Counted from the first letter of the stretch, positions 33,301-40,345 are shown. The stretch is DNA of 64,000 nucleotides from Methanothrix sp. (GCA_963682135.1 OY821645.1:288001-352000); one strand, 5' to 3'. A program made the numbers and translations. Notes: generated from the letters alone by a model not told the origin.

Positions 33301-36300
33301 CCTACTCGTTTGCAGACATTGTTCCCGGCAGATACACCGTCGAAGAGGAAGCTCAGGATGGTTGGCTTCAGACCCGTCCTGCCTCGCCGGGCGTATATTC
33401 CTTGGATCTGCTCTCGGGAATAGCAGCATCGAATATCGATTTCGGCAACTACTGGTCAACCGGTTTGTCCGGCATGAAGTTCGAGGACAAGAACGGCAAC
33501 GGCGCAAAAGATAGCGGCGAGCCTGGCCTCTCCGGCTGGACCATCAGGCTCATGAAAGATGGAACCGAGGTTGCCAGCACAGTGACTGCCGCCGATGGCA
33601 GCTATTCGTTTACTAACATCGTTCCCGGAGAATACAAGGTTGAAGAAGTGCTTCAGTCTGGCTGGCTTCAGACCTATCCGGCAGCACCTGGAACCCATGC
33701 AGTAATTCTGGTCTCAGGAGTTGCTGGACCAACAAACCTCGATTTCGGCAACTGGAAGACCACTGGCCTCTCCGGCGTGAAATTTGAGGACCTCAACGTC
33801 AATGGCGCGAAAGATAGCGGAGAGCCGGGCATCGCAGGCTGGACCATCAAGCTCATGAATGGCGCAACCGAGGTTGCAGGCACAGTGACCGCCGCTGATG
33901 GCTCATATTCGTTTGCAGGAGTTGTGCCCGGCAGCTACACCGTGCAAGAGGATGCCCAGGCCGCCTGGACGCAGTCCTATCCTGCCTCACCAGGCACATA
34001 TCCCGTAACTCTGGTCTCAGGTGTTGACGGTCCGAAAGATCTCGATTTCGGAAACTGGCGAAAAACCAGTCTTTCCGGCATGAAGTTTGATGATATCAAC
34101 GGCAACGGAGTCAAAGACAGCGGCGAGCCTGGCCTCCCAGGCTGGACCATCAGGCTCATGAATGGCGCAACCTTGGTTGCCAGCACAAAAACTGCCGACG
34201 ATGGCAGTTACTCGTTTGCAGACATTGTTCCCGGCAGATACACCGTGGAGGAGGTTGCCCAGGATGGCTGGCTTCAGACCCGTCCTGCCTCGCCGGGCGT
34301 ATATTCCCTGGATCTGCTCTCGGGAATAGCTACAACGAACATCGATTTCGGCAACTTCAAAGCAGGCGGCTTTGCCGGAATAAAGTTCGAGGATAAGAAC
34401 GGCAACGGCCTCAGAGACAGCGGCGAGCCCGGCCTGCCCGACTGGACCATTGTTCTGATCAAGGACGGCGCTGAGGTTGCCAGCACAGTAACAGCCTCCG
34501 ATGGTTCCTATTACTTCGCCAACGTAGCTCCCGGCAGCTACACAGTCAAGGAGAAGCCTCAAGACGGATGGACAGAGACCTCTCCCGCCGGCGATACCTA
34601 CACTGCCGTCTCCAGCAGTGGCCAGGTTAAGATAACAAGAGCGGACCAATCAGAAGTTCCTGCGATTGAGGCCAACTTTGGCAACCGCAAGCTTGTGGAG
34701 GCTTTCAGGGTTGAGATAGTCGCCGATCACCAGACGGTCTTGCCAGGCGAGAATCTCGTCTTTACCATCACCATCAACCGTGTGGGAGATATCCTGCTCG
34801 ATAGCCTGAGCACGCAATACACTCTGCCAAAAGGCCTGAAGTACGTATCCGCAAACCCCATCCCGCAACAAATAATCGAGAATCCCGACGGCAGCACCAC
34901 CCTCATCTGGACTGATATTGCCTTCAGCTCACTTCTCGCAGCCCAACTGGCCAGTTCTCAGGACGTGTCTGCGAGCCCAACAGATGCTTCCGCGCTTTCG
35001 ACTATCATAACCGTGAACTCGGAGGTCCAACCGGACGCGCCGCCTATCCTGACCGGCGTAGTAGAGGTGGAGGGCAGCACAATCGAGGCAGAAGTGGACA
35101 AGGCCAAGGACACTGTCTCTGTGAGCGTGCCTTCTCAGCCTATCTACCTGAACAAGACCTCCGACCAGAAGGAGGTCTGGCCGGGAGGTACCATCGGATA
35201 CACCATCAATTACCAGAACCTGGTTAGCCTCCCATTAACCCAAGTTACGATCACCGAGCAGGCCTCTTCCGATCTCATCTTCCTATCCGCCTCGCCTGCT
35301 CCAGACCAGGGCACGGATAACGTCTGGAGCATTGGCGATCTGGCAGCTCACGGAAAGGGCACCATCAGCGTCCTCTTCCAGGTTAAGAACGCTTCTAACC
35401 TGAGCTTCTTGAGCCAGTCTTCCGTCTCGGGCAGCGGATTTGCGAGCACCTACCGCCGTCTCTCCACAGAGACGCAGAACCAGATCTTGAAAAATAGCGT
35501 CACCCTGACCTGCAAGGAGTTCTCGCCCGTCTCCACATCCTATTTCGTCAAGCTGCGGAATAGCGATGGAACGAGCCTTCTCAAGACGGAGCACGGCAGC
35601 GGCGAGTACAGCAGCGAAGAACTGGCCTCTCTGCAGATGCAGAACCGCTCGATAAGCAGCACGGGCTCGCTCAAGGCCGTCTACCGGCCCACCAGCTTCG
35701 CTCTGCCCGGAGGCAGGTCGATAAATTACAGCAGCGAGATCTCCTCACTGACCAGAAGCCGCAACCGGGCCACCCAGGCCTCGACCAGCAATGAGATCCG
35801 ATATTCTAAGAGCCTGGAGATGGACGAACGGCTCCTTATCGACAAGAACGAGACTTCTATCTCAGTCGAAGGCTCTCTACAGGGCCAAGCTCATCTGGGC
35901 GTCCTCAAAAAAGACGGCCAAGCGGTCAAGCCCGCCCCAATCTTCGAATCCTCTCAGGACTACACCGGAGCCTTCCGGTTCAACCAGAGCCTTGAGGACT
36001 ACGGCGGCAATGTTCGCCTGATTGGCAATGCCTCCGGCCAGGGCAAGGCAGCCAGCGACCAGCGCCTCAAGAAGAGCCAGAGAAGCTACGAGCACGGTAA
36101 CGGCAGCTACGAGAGCGAGCAGCAGGCCAGCACCGCAGAGAGCTACCTGGCCAAGGATCTCTCTGTCCGCTCAGATCCAGCGTACGGCTACGGCAAATGG
36201 CAGTCGGGCATCTGGTCGAAGAGCTCAGGCAAGAGCTACCTGGGCCAGCAGATCAGCGGCGCCGATTACATCAAAGAGGAGACAAAAGCATCAGGGTTGA

Positions 36301-37298
36301 ACGATCTGTCCAGCAACATCAGCTATCGGGGTCAGGGCAGCTTCCGGACGATCTCCGAGCCGGACAACAGAAGTGCTCTGGACCTGGACGAGGAGTACGT
36401 GGGCGAGTATTCCATTCAGCGCAAGGTCCGCCTGGGCGGAGTCTCTCGCTTCGACCGGCCTCACCTCACCCTGAACAAGACCGGCCGAATGGAGGATGGA
36501 AGGGCAGCCGCGGATTACACCATCGCCATCCTCAATGACGGCAACACCGCTCTGGGCCCGGTCTACGTCTGGGACATCTTCCCGGCGGGTACCGATTACC
36601 TCGGCTCGTCGCTCAAGCCCACCCGGCTGCAGCCGGGCTACGCGAATTGGTCGCTGCTCTACCTGGGCATAGGCCAGTCTGTGACCATCAACCTGCGGCT
36701 GAATGTAACCGACTCCCAGGATGAGCTGGTCAACCTGGTCTACGCCTCAGGTGGACATAATGACGAGTGGGTGACTGCCGGAAATATGAGCGTCATCCAG
36801 TTCGGCTGGCTGGGATGCTGCCAGCCAGATCTGCTCCTGGAAAAGCAAGCACGAATTGACGCCGCGGACAACCGGCTCATATGGTATCGCATCCTTTTGC
36901 AGAACCGGGCTAATGTGAGCCTTGTAGCAGAGGTCAGAGACAGCCTGCCCACGGGACTAAGGATCCTGAATACATCTGCCGAGCCCCAGGTAGAGGGACA
37001 GGATCTGGTCTGGGTGACGACAGCCATACCTGCCGGCGAGAGCCGGTTCATTGAATACCGGGCCCAGGCCGTGCAGAATGGAAAGTTCGTGAACACCGCT
37101 CGGGTGGAGGCTCATGCTCTGGACGGATCAGGCGGGGCATCGACAGAGGCCAGCGCCACGGTAACGGTAGGCGAGGCGACATCTTACGCAGAGGATGGCT
37201 GGAAGCCTCCGGAGTGGGGGCTGGACAGATCTGAGGTGATCTGCGACGATGTGATTGCCGGGAATGGAGGAAGCTGTAGCTGCCCTCTGAGCGAATAA
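21348..37298 (+). CDS. Giant (5316 aa) secreted surface protein: LVIVD-like beta-propeller, about 40 SdrD-B/CnaB-like repeats, C-terminal DUF11-like domains
   Basis: Sec-type signal peptide; YDVFVSGSTAYL-type blades; 101-aa repeats with DLNGNGAKDAGE loops; LNKT...YTI.Y.N DUF11-like domains. Confidence 0.9.
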   Translation: MSPIMARSAGICLAALLIMLAATAPASGACTMSVSRIGTASDANGVFVLNDKVYIASTNGHYIIMPLSSLVATSDFNIGGSPYDVFVSGSTAYLTDFYSSNGVRVVNADTGAPLGECTNWPSGLSAIGIYNSGSYAYVGATDYTNGYLVVLSLTTPNSPSVVNTISSGPMAQGGGGLCVTDGKIYLATDNGVDEFTLGNPASPSYSGTISTPYGAYDVHVFGTNAYVVMGTNPPSGQPNVVVLDLANSGTQTDCYYDSTPSYALPPYAIQFYNGKIYIVDPNGLKELSVGSVSGSLTVNLDAVPNNAQDFTFSGDLGSFILDDDSDDTYPSTKTFSSLAAGYYAFHQTVPSGWIVSSITASDASKVTYSSDGNSWHSTFTSGDTWAKASVQAGGSTLTVNFQDTRVYSISGHVIYDLDGNGAKNNFEGYVPNGWVVQLWKDGTQTSQTTTLSGAYSFSNLPAGNYEVRSILQTGWVNTIPATGIRSYSPLSSDQTNQDFGVRGSQSIAGMKFHDLDGDRAKDAGEPGLASWTIDLKKDGNKIASTQTAAGGAYSFAGLAPGSYTVEETLQSGWIQSYPASPGTHAVTLVAGVAGPTDKDFGNYQTTGFSGVKFEDLNGNGAKDAGEPGISGWTIKLKQGATEIASTQTGTVGAYSFTGIAPGSYTVEEVAQSGWTQSYPATPGTYPLTLVSGVAGPTDINFGNLRSTGFSGVKFEDLNGNGAKDAGEPGLSGWTIKLKQGATEIASTQTGTVGAYSFTGIAPGSYTVEEVAQSGWTQSYPATPGTYPLTLVSGVAGPTDINFGNWRATGFSGMKFEDLNGNGAKDAGEPGISGWTIKLKQGATEITSIQTGTGGAYSFTGIAPGSYTVEEVAQSGWTRSYPASPGTHSLTLVSGVAGPTNIDFGNWKSTGLSGVKFEDLNGNGAKDTGEPGISGWTIKLMSGATEIASTQTGAGGAYSFAGISPGSYTVKEEVESGWTQSYPATPGTYPLNLVSGVAGPTNIDFGNWKSTGLSGVKFEDLNGNGAKDTGEPGISGWTIKLMSGATEISSTQTGADGSYSFAGIAPGSYTVTEAMQPGWTQSYPATPGTYPLTLISGVAGPANINFGNWRTTGLSGMKFEDLNGNGAKDAGEPGISGWTIKLMSDATEIASTQTGADGSYSFTGIAPGSYTIEEVAQGGWTQSYPATPGTYPLTLISGVAGPTNINFGNWRTTVFSGMKFEDLNGNGAKDAGEPGLKDWTIKLMNGATEISSTQTGADGAYSFTDIAPGSYTVEEAMQAGWARTYPASPGTHTINLVSGVAGPTNINFGNARATGFSGMKFEDLNGNGAKDLGEPGLEGWTIKLMSGATEIASTQTDADGAYSFTDISPGSYTVKEEVKSGWTQSYPATPGTYPLTLISGVAGPTNIDFGNWKSTGLSGVKFEDLNGNGAKDTGEPGISGWTIKLMSGATEIAGTQTGADGAYSFTDIAPGSYTVEETAQAGWTQSYPATPGTYPLTLVSGVAGPNNIDFGNWRTTGLSGMKFGDLNGNGAKDAGEPGLKDWTIKLMSGATEIASTQTGADGAYSFTGIAPGSYTVEEVAQSGWTQSYPAAPGTYPVTLSSGLLAANIDFGNWKATGFTGLKFEDLNGNGAKDAGEPGLEGWTIKLMSGATEISSTQTDADGAYSFTDIAPGSYTVEEAMQAGWAQTCPASPGTHTINLVSGVAGPTNINFGNARGTGFSGMKFEDLNGNGAKDAGETGLEGWTIKLMSGATEIASTQTDADGSYSFIGITPGSYTVQEEAQAGWTQSYPATPGTYPLNLVSGVAGPTNIDFGNWKATGLSGVKFEDLNGNGAKDTGEPGLTGWTIKLMSGATEIASTQTNVDGAYSFTGIAPGSYTVTEAMQPGWTQSYPATPGTYPLTLVSGVAGPTNINFGNWRTTGLSGMKFEDLNGNGAKDAGEPGISGWTIKLMSDATEIASTQTGADGSYSFTGIAPGSYTVEEVAQSGWTQSYPATPGTYPLTLISGVAGPTDINFGNWRTTGFSGMKFEDLNGNGARDAGEPGLKDWTIKLMNGATEISSIQTGADGAYSFTDIAPGSYTVEEAMQAGWARTYPASPGTHTINLVSGVAGPTNINFGNARATGFSGMKFEDLNGNGAKDAGEPGLEGWTIKLMSGATEISSTQTDADGAYSFTDISPGSYTVKEEVKSGWTQSYPATPGTYPLNLVSGVAGPTNIDFGNWKATGLSGVKFEDLNGNGAKDAGETGISGWTIKLKQGTTEISSTQTGTGGAYSFTGIAPGSYTVEEVAQIGWTQSYPASPGTHSFTLVSGVAGPTNIDFGNWRTTGLSGMKFEDLNGNGAKDAGEPGLKDWTIKLMSGATEIASTQTGADGSYSFTGIAPGSYTIEEVAQGGWTQSYPAAPGTHSLALASGVAGPTDINFGNWRTTGLSGMKFEDLNGNGARDAGEPGLKDWTIKLMSGATEISSTQTDADGAYSFTDIAPGSYTVVEAMQAGWAQTYPVSPGTHSINLVSGVAGPTNINFGNDRATGFSGMKFEDLNGNGAKDAGEPGLEGWTIKLMSGATEIASTQTDADGAYSFTDIAPGSYTVKEEVKSGWTQSYPATSGTYPLTLVSGVAGPTNIDFGNWKSTGLSGVKFEDLNGNGAKDVGEPSLEGWTIKLMSGATEISSTQTDADGAYSFIDIAPGSYTVKEEVKSGWTQSYPASPGTHAITLVSGLPVTNIDFGNWKSTGFSGVKFEDNNGNGAKDAGEPGLKDWTIKLMKGTTVVSVIPTDADGAYSFTDIAPGSYTVEEAAQAGWTQSYPASPGMQTVNLVSGVIGPKNVDFGNWRSTGFSGMKFEDLNGNGAKDSGEPGLFGWAIVLKKGETVVSVTQTDPDGVYSFADIAPGSYTVEEAMQSGWTQTNPIWPGTHSVTLVSGIAGPNNIDFGNARTTGFSGLKFEDLNGNGAKDAGEPGLKDWTIKLMSGATEISSTQTAADGSYSFIGITPGSYTVQEEAQAGWTQSYPATPGTYPLTLVSGVAGPTDIDFGNWKSTGFSGMKFEDLNGNGAKDAGEPGLKDWTIKLMSGATEISSTQTAADGSYSFIGITPGSYTVQEVAQAGWTQSYPASPGTHAITLVSGVAGPTDLDFGNWKSTGFSGLKFEDLNGNGAKDAGEPGLADWTIRIMKGATVVASALTLADGAYSFTGIAPGSYIVEETAQAGWTQSYPASPGTQTVNLVSGAAGPNDIDFGNWRATGFSGMKFNDLDRNGARDAGEPGLSGWTIKLMKGATETSSTQTAADGSYSFTDIAPGSYTVQEAAQSGWVQSYPATPGMHPITLVSGIAGPTDIDFGNRGSLAISGMKFHDKNANGIQDDGEPGLSGWDIQLKDSSDNLLQTATTSAEPGKEGVYEFADLPPGTYRVYEAPKTGWVRTAPAEDHYVITLTDSSSRGNLFGNNQLAISGMKFHDKNANGIKDDGEPGLSGWQIQLKDGSDNLLQTVTTSSDPGKEGVYEFLDLQPGTYHVYEIQQDGWIRTAPDQEYHSVTLSNMPSRGNMFGNNLVNLSGTKFEDLNGNGAKDSGEPGLAGWTIRLIKEGTEISSTFTDADGSYSFARIAPGSYSVVEDVKDGWTQSYPPSGKHTFSLAFGEFGRSGLNFGNFRPTGFAGTKFEDLNGNGAKDSGEPGLSGWTIRLMKEGALVSSTVTAADGSYSFTGISPGSYTVEESAQSGWTQSYPATPGTHEITLVSGVAGPINIDFGNYWSTGLSGMKFDDKNGNGAKDSGEPGLEGWTIKLMSGATEVASTVTAADGSYSFTNIVPGEYTVEEVLQSGWLQTYPTAPGTHAVILVSGVAGRTDLDFGNWKTTGLSGVKFEDLNANGAKDSGEPGIAGWTIKLMNGATEVAGTVTAADGSYSFAGVVPGSYTVQEDAQAAWTQSYPASPGTYPVTLVSGVDGPKDLDFGNWRKTSLSGMKFDDINGNGVKDSGEPGIAGWTIVLKKDGAQVDRKVTNSDGAYSFADIVPGRYTVEEEAQDGWLQTRPASPGVYSLDLLSGIAASNIDFGNYWSTGLSGMKFEDKNGNGAKDSGEPGLSGWTIRLMKDGTEVASTVTAADGSYSFTNIVPGEYKVEEVLQSGWLQTYPAAPGTHAVILVSGVAGPTNLDFGNWKTTGLSGVKFEDLNVNGAKDSGEPGIAGWTIKLMNGATEVAGTVTAADGSYSFAGVVPGSYTVQEDAQAAWTQSYPASPGTYPVTLVSGVDGPKDLDFGNWRKTSLSGMKFDDINGNGVKDSGEPGLPGWTIRLMNGATLVASTKTADDGSYSFADIVPGRYTVEEVAQDGWLQTRPASPGVYSLDLLSGIATTNIDFGNFKAGGFAGIKFEDKNGNGLRDSGEPGLPDWTIVLIKDGAEVASTVTASDGSYYFANVAPGSYTVKEKPQDGWTETSPAGDTYTAVSSSGQVKITRADQSEVPAIEANFGNRKLVEAFRVEIVADHQTVLPGENLVFTITINRVGDILLDSLSTQYTLPKGLKYVSANPIPQQIIENPDGSTTLIWTDIAFSSLLAAQLASSQDVSASPTDASALSTIITVNSEVQPDAPPILTGVVEVEGSTIEAEVDKAKDTVSVSVPSQPIYLNKTSDQKEVWPGGTIGYTINYQNLVSLPLTQVTITEQASSDLIFLSASPAPDQGTDNVWSIGDLAAHGKGTISVLFQVKNASNLSFLSQSSVSGSGFASTYRRLSTETQNQILKNSVTLTCKEFSPVSTSYFVKLRNSDGTSLLKTEHGSGEYSSEELASLQMQNRSISSTGSLKAVYRPTSFALPGGRSINYSSEISSLTRSRNRATQASTSNEIRYSKSLEMDERLLIDKNETSISVEGSLQGQAHLGVLKKDGQAVKPAPIFESSQDYTGAFRFNQSLEDYGGNVRLIGNASGQGKAASDQRLKKSQRSYEHGNGSYESEQQASTAESYLAKDLSVRSDPAYGYGKWQSGIWSKSSGKSYLGQQISGADYIKEETKASGLNDLSSNISYRGQGSFRTISEPDNRSALDLDEEYVGEYSIQRKVRLGGVSRFDRPHLTLNKTGRMEDGRAAADYTIAILNDGNTALGPVYVWDIFPAGTDYLGSSLKPTRLQPGYANWSLLYLGIGQSVTINLRLNVTDSQDELVNLVYASGGHNDEWVTAGNMSVIQFGWLGCCQPDLLLEKQARIDAADNRLIWYRILLQNRANVSLVAEVRDSLPTGLRILNTSAEPQVEGQDLVWVTTAIPAGESRFIEYRAQAVQNGKFVNTARVEAHALDGSGGASTEASATVTVGEATSYAEDGWKPPEWGLDRSEVICDDVIAGNGGSCSCPLSE
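22560..34690 (+). repeat. About 40 tandem copies of a ~303-bp coding repeat
   Basis: SGMKFEDLNGNG...DFGN units counted by eye at a period of 300-309 bp. Confidence 0.9.
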
Positions 37299-37344
37299 TT
37301 AAGAAGATGGGCCTCAAGGAAAGTGGGGCCTATTCTCTCAAAGA

Positions 37345-38769
37345 TTATTCTCGGGAAATCTGCCGGCTCACCACGCTGTCCATGAGCGCCAGAAACTCCT
37401 GCTTGGCCTGGGGCGGAATGGTGGCCCCGGCAGCCACGTTGTGCCCCCCGCCCACGCCGCCCACTGCATGGGCACAGCGCGACAGGGCATCGGCCAGGTC
37501 CAGGCCGGAGCGCACCAGATCCTGAGTGCCTCGGGCCGAGACTTTGAGCTGCCCTTCTGCAGTCCTGGCAAAAGCAAGGATAGGCCGGGTGCGATCACCC
37601 ATCTGAAAGCTCATGCCGGCAACAATGCCCACGATGGTGTCCATTATGGCATCTCCGGCATCAAAGTACTGGATACTCTTGAGAGCTGTAATGCCGCTCT
37701 CGCGAACCAGCTTGAGGCCGTTCACCAGGTTCTGGCGGTGCTGGCCCAGCAGCCTCTGCGCCTCGCAAAAGGCCTTATCTCTGTCGCCCATGCACACCTG
37801 CAATCCCACGTCGGCATAACCGTAACGAGCGGTAGCATTGAGAAGAGTGGAGTACTCGCTGGCGTCCCGCAGCTCTGTTCCTTCCTGCTCGCCTAAGAGA
37901 ATGTACACCTCTCCGATCAGGCGCTCCAGCTTGACATTGGAAATGCCGCTTCTCAGGCCCTTGCGCAGGATGGCCGTTACAACGCTGGCCCTCTCTTCCT
38001 GAGATAGATCGATCCAGCGCCTCCACCTCTCTCCGCCCAGACGTATGCCTATCTCCTTAAGAAAGGCGATGCAGGCGTCCTCATTTCCCGAGAGTCCTGG
38101 CAGATACGGATCCGAAGAGTACTCCAGCATCTTGTAGACGGGACGGGTCTGTCTGCCAAAGAGCTTGATGTCGCGGGAGAAGGAAACAGCCCCGGCATTC
38201 CTGCCGATCTCCAGGATATGACGGTTGATGCCGACCAGCTGACCGCGTGCCATATCCTGCAGATCCCCCACCGCTCCCACCATCGCTAAGGCTGCCAGAT
38301 CATCATTGCTGCCCGGGGTGGATGCCAGAGCCCTGGCCAAGAGAAATGAGGTTCCGCTACCGCTGAGCTGTGTTGCCCCATCCGCACCTACCAGATGGGG
38401 ATTGATGTGGGCGATGGGCCGGGCTTCACAGGCAGCAGGTTTGTGATGATCGGCAACAACAGCCAAAAGGCGATGGTCGCATATCTGCGCAACCATTCCG
38501 CTGCCAAGATCTGTAAATATAACCAGGTCGGCACCATAATCAGCAACCTCGTTTAATGCCGTCTCATCAAGCTGGCGGAAAAATTTAGGCTGGAAGTCCA
38601 GGCCGCACCTCTCCAGGGCGGTGCAGACAATTGCCGCTGCCGTGAGTCCGTCTGCATCTACATGAGAGACAACAAGAAGATTCTTTTTCGTCTTGATGAC
38701 CTCTGCAGGGCTCTTGCACAGCTCGCAAAGCGCGCTAAACTTCCCGGCGATCTCCTGGCTTTCTTGCAT
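37345..38769 (-). CDS. RecJ-like DHH/DHHA1 phosphoesterase
   Basis: SHVDADG, FTDLGSG, ADHH, GAVGDLQD, KVSARG and GGGHNVAAGA. Confidence 0.9.
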   Translation of the reverse strand: MQESQEIAGKFSALCELCKSPAEVIKTKKNLLVVSHVDADGLTAAAIVCTALERCGLDFQPKFFRQLDETALNEVADYGADLVIFTDLGSGMVAQICDHRLLAVVADHHKPAACEARPIAHINPHLVGADGATQLSGSGTSFLLARALASTPGSNDDLAALAMVGAVGDLQDMARGQLVGINRHILEIGRNAGAVSFSRDIKLFGRQTRPVYKMLEYSSDPYLPGLSGNEDACIAFLKEIGIRLGGERWRRWIDLSQEERASVVTAILRKGLRSGISNVKLERLIGEVYILLGEQEGTELRDASEYSTLLNATARYGYADVGLQVCMGDRDKAFCEAQRLLGQHRQNLVNGLKLVRESGITALKSIQYFDAGDAIMDTIVGIVAGMSFQMGDRTRPILAFARTAEGQLKVSARGTQDLVRSGLDLADALSRCAHAVGGVGGGHNVAAGATIPPQAKQEFLALMDSVVSRQISRE

Positions 38770-38823
38770 ATATATCGTAACTTTAAGGGAGTGTTCAATA
38801 AATCTTTGCCATGCAGAGCGAAA

Positions 38824-39261
38824 CTAATCACTTTTTTCGCTGCTATTTTGCGGGGTAAGGTTTATCTTTGCGGCCCAGCTCGTCCCCAACAGGCGAAAGC
38901 TTCCTGGGATTATTTTCATCTGAGGATAGTCGCGAATAGTGATCTCGTGGGCGATAGGTGCTTTTGTAAAAAGGAACTGGTCTTCGATGGAGACGTTCTC
39001 TGAGTTATTGCTGGAAAAAACGTATTTGTTAACAACCTCTCCGCTTCCCCTTATTCTTCCCACTGCCTGCGTGCTCTCATCGGACCCCATCTTAAAATCG
39101 GTCATTACTGTTCCCGTGCCTATAACATTATGGCTGTAATCAATATCCATATTTGTAGAGGCGGCATATGCCCCTGCTATCATCATCAGAGCTAAAAACA
39201 GCAAGGCTAGTGGTAGCATAGCACAGCAATGCGGGAGCGAATGAGCATTTCTATTTTTCAT
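38824..39261 (-). CDS. Secreted hypothetical protein
   Basis: Hydrophobic signal ending AYAA; beta-rich mature part. Confidence 0.6.
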   Translation of the reverse strand: MKNRNAHSLPHCCAMLPLALLFLALMMIAGAYAASTNMDIDYSHNVIGTGTVMTDFKMGSDESTQAVGRIRGSGEVVNKYVFSSNNSENVSIEDQFLFTKAPIAHEITIRDYPQMKIIPGSFRLLGTSWAAKINLTPQNSSEKSD

Positions 39262-39389
39262 GTTTTCATTGCCTGAGCATCATGCCTTATCTTTATCCTT
39301 ATTTAAGTCTGCGCAAGCTTCATTTTCTGATATCGAGGCCTAAACAAAGAGACATTATTATATGGCAGAGAAAAATAACAAATAACCTC

Positions 39390-40163
39390 ATGACAACTCA
39401 AGAGACCACGAAGCCATTTAGCCAGCTAGACATCGCACCTACCGCAGCCCTTATCCTGGGCCTGCAGCTTCCCAAGCCAGACGGCCGTCCAATTGATCTT
39501 GCCGTGGCCATGGGCTGCAAAAATGTCGCAATCATTATTATCGACAGCCTGGGATATGATCTATTGATGTGGCTCTTGCCCACCCTGGAGAACATGAGAG
39601 GTCTAATTACTGTTGGGAAGCTCTTGCGCATAACTGCAGTATCCAATCACACTACTCCGGCCATCGCCAGCATACTGAGCGGACTGCTGCCAGAGCACCA
39701 TGAAATTTTCGATAAGGCGGGCGCAAAAGAGTCTCGCATCCTCAGCCTGCCGGAAATCGCAGCCATGTCCGGCCAAAGTTGCGCCGTGATAATGGAGCAA
39801 AACGGAGCCGATGTCTATCAGGGCCTGGTCGAGATGGTGCACGGCATATCAGACAGGATCCCATCGCAGGACTTTGATCGAGAGGCTTGCCGCATGACAT
39901 GCTTGGCACTTCAAGAGAGGCCCAGGCTTCTTGTCTCCTACTTCATAGGAATAGATAAGAGCGTTCACATGGGCCTGGGCCTGGAAGGGATTAGAGAAGC
40001 GGCTTTGCTTATTGATCGCTGCATAGGTGAGATCGTAAAGACGGCAAATGAAGAGACTCTATTCATCATCTGTGGGGATCATCCTATACACGCCGGGCCG
40101 CTAAAGAGAACCGGAGGACCTTACTGTGTGGCTATGATCCTGGCTTTCGGGAAGAGCGCATAA
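39390..40163 (+). CDS. Alkaline-phosphatase superfamily protein
   Basis: IIIIDSLG, TTPAIASILSG..PE.H, IDKSVH and CGDH. Confidence 0.8.
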   Translation: MTTQETTKPFSQLDIAPTAALILGLQLPKPDGRPIDLAVAMGCKNVAIIIIDSLGYDLLMWLLPTLENMRGLITVGKLLRITAVSNHTTPAIASILSGLLPEHHEIFDKAGAKESRILSLPEIAAMSGQSCAVIMEQNGADVYQGLVEMVHGISDRIPSQDFDREACRMTCLALQERPRLLVSYFIGIDKSVHMGLGLEGIREAALLIDRCIGEIVKTANEETLFIICGDHPIHAGPLKRTGGPYCVAMILAFGKSA

Positions 40164-40222
40164 ATGAGAATCTAGCGGGCTTTCGATAAGTTTAAATGCC
40201 CAAAGCGGATATTGTGAGTCCA

Positions 40223-40345
40223 ATGGATGAAGATCTTTCTGAGGTTTTTCAATTAATTGTCGAAGATGAACGCAAGCGCAGATATCTCAAGGAGGTCGGC
40301 GACTGGCTTGTAGAGGAATACTTCGAACTTCGTCAAGCATCTTGA
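40223..40345 (+). CDS. Small acidic helical protein (40 aa, MDEDLSEVFQLIVEDERKRRYLKEVGDWLVEEYFELRQAS)
   Basis: Below the ORF-track cut-off. TATA-like tttaaat about 30 bp upstream, T-rich tract downstream, amphipathic sequence. Confidence 0.55.
   Translation: MDEDLSEVFQLIVEDERKRRYLKEVGDWLVEEYFELRQAS

Noticed and set aside
22717-34649. Dozens of similar 62-80 aa minus-strand ORFs (MLAISVAPLMS...)
   Set aside because: They are antisense shadows of the 303-bp coding repeat.
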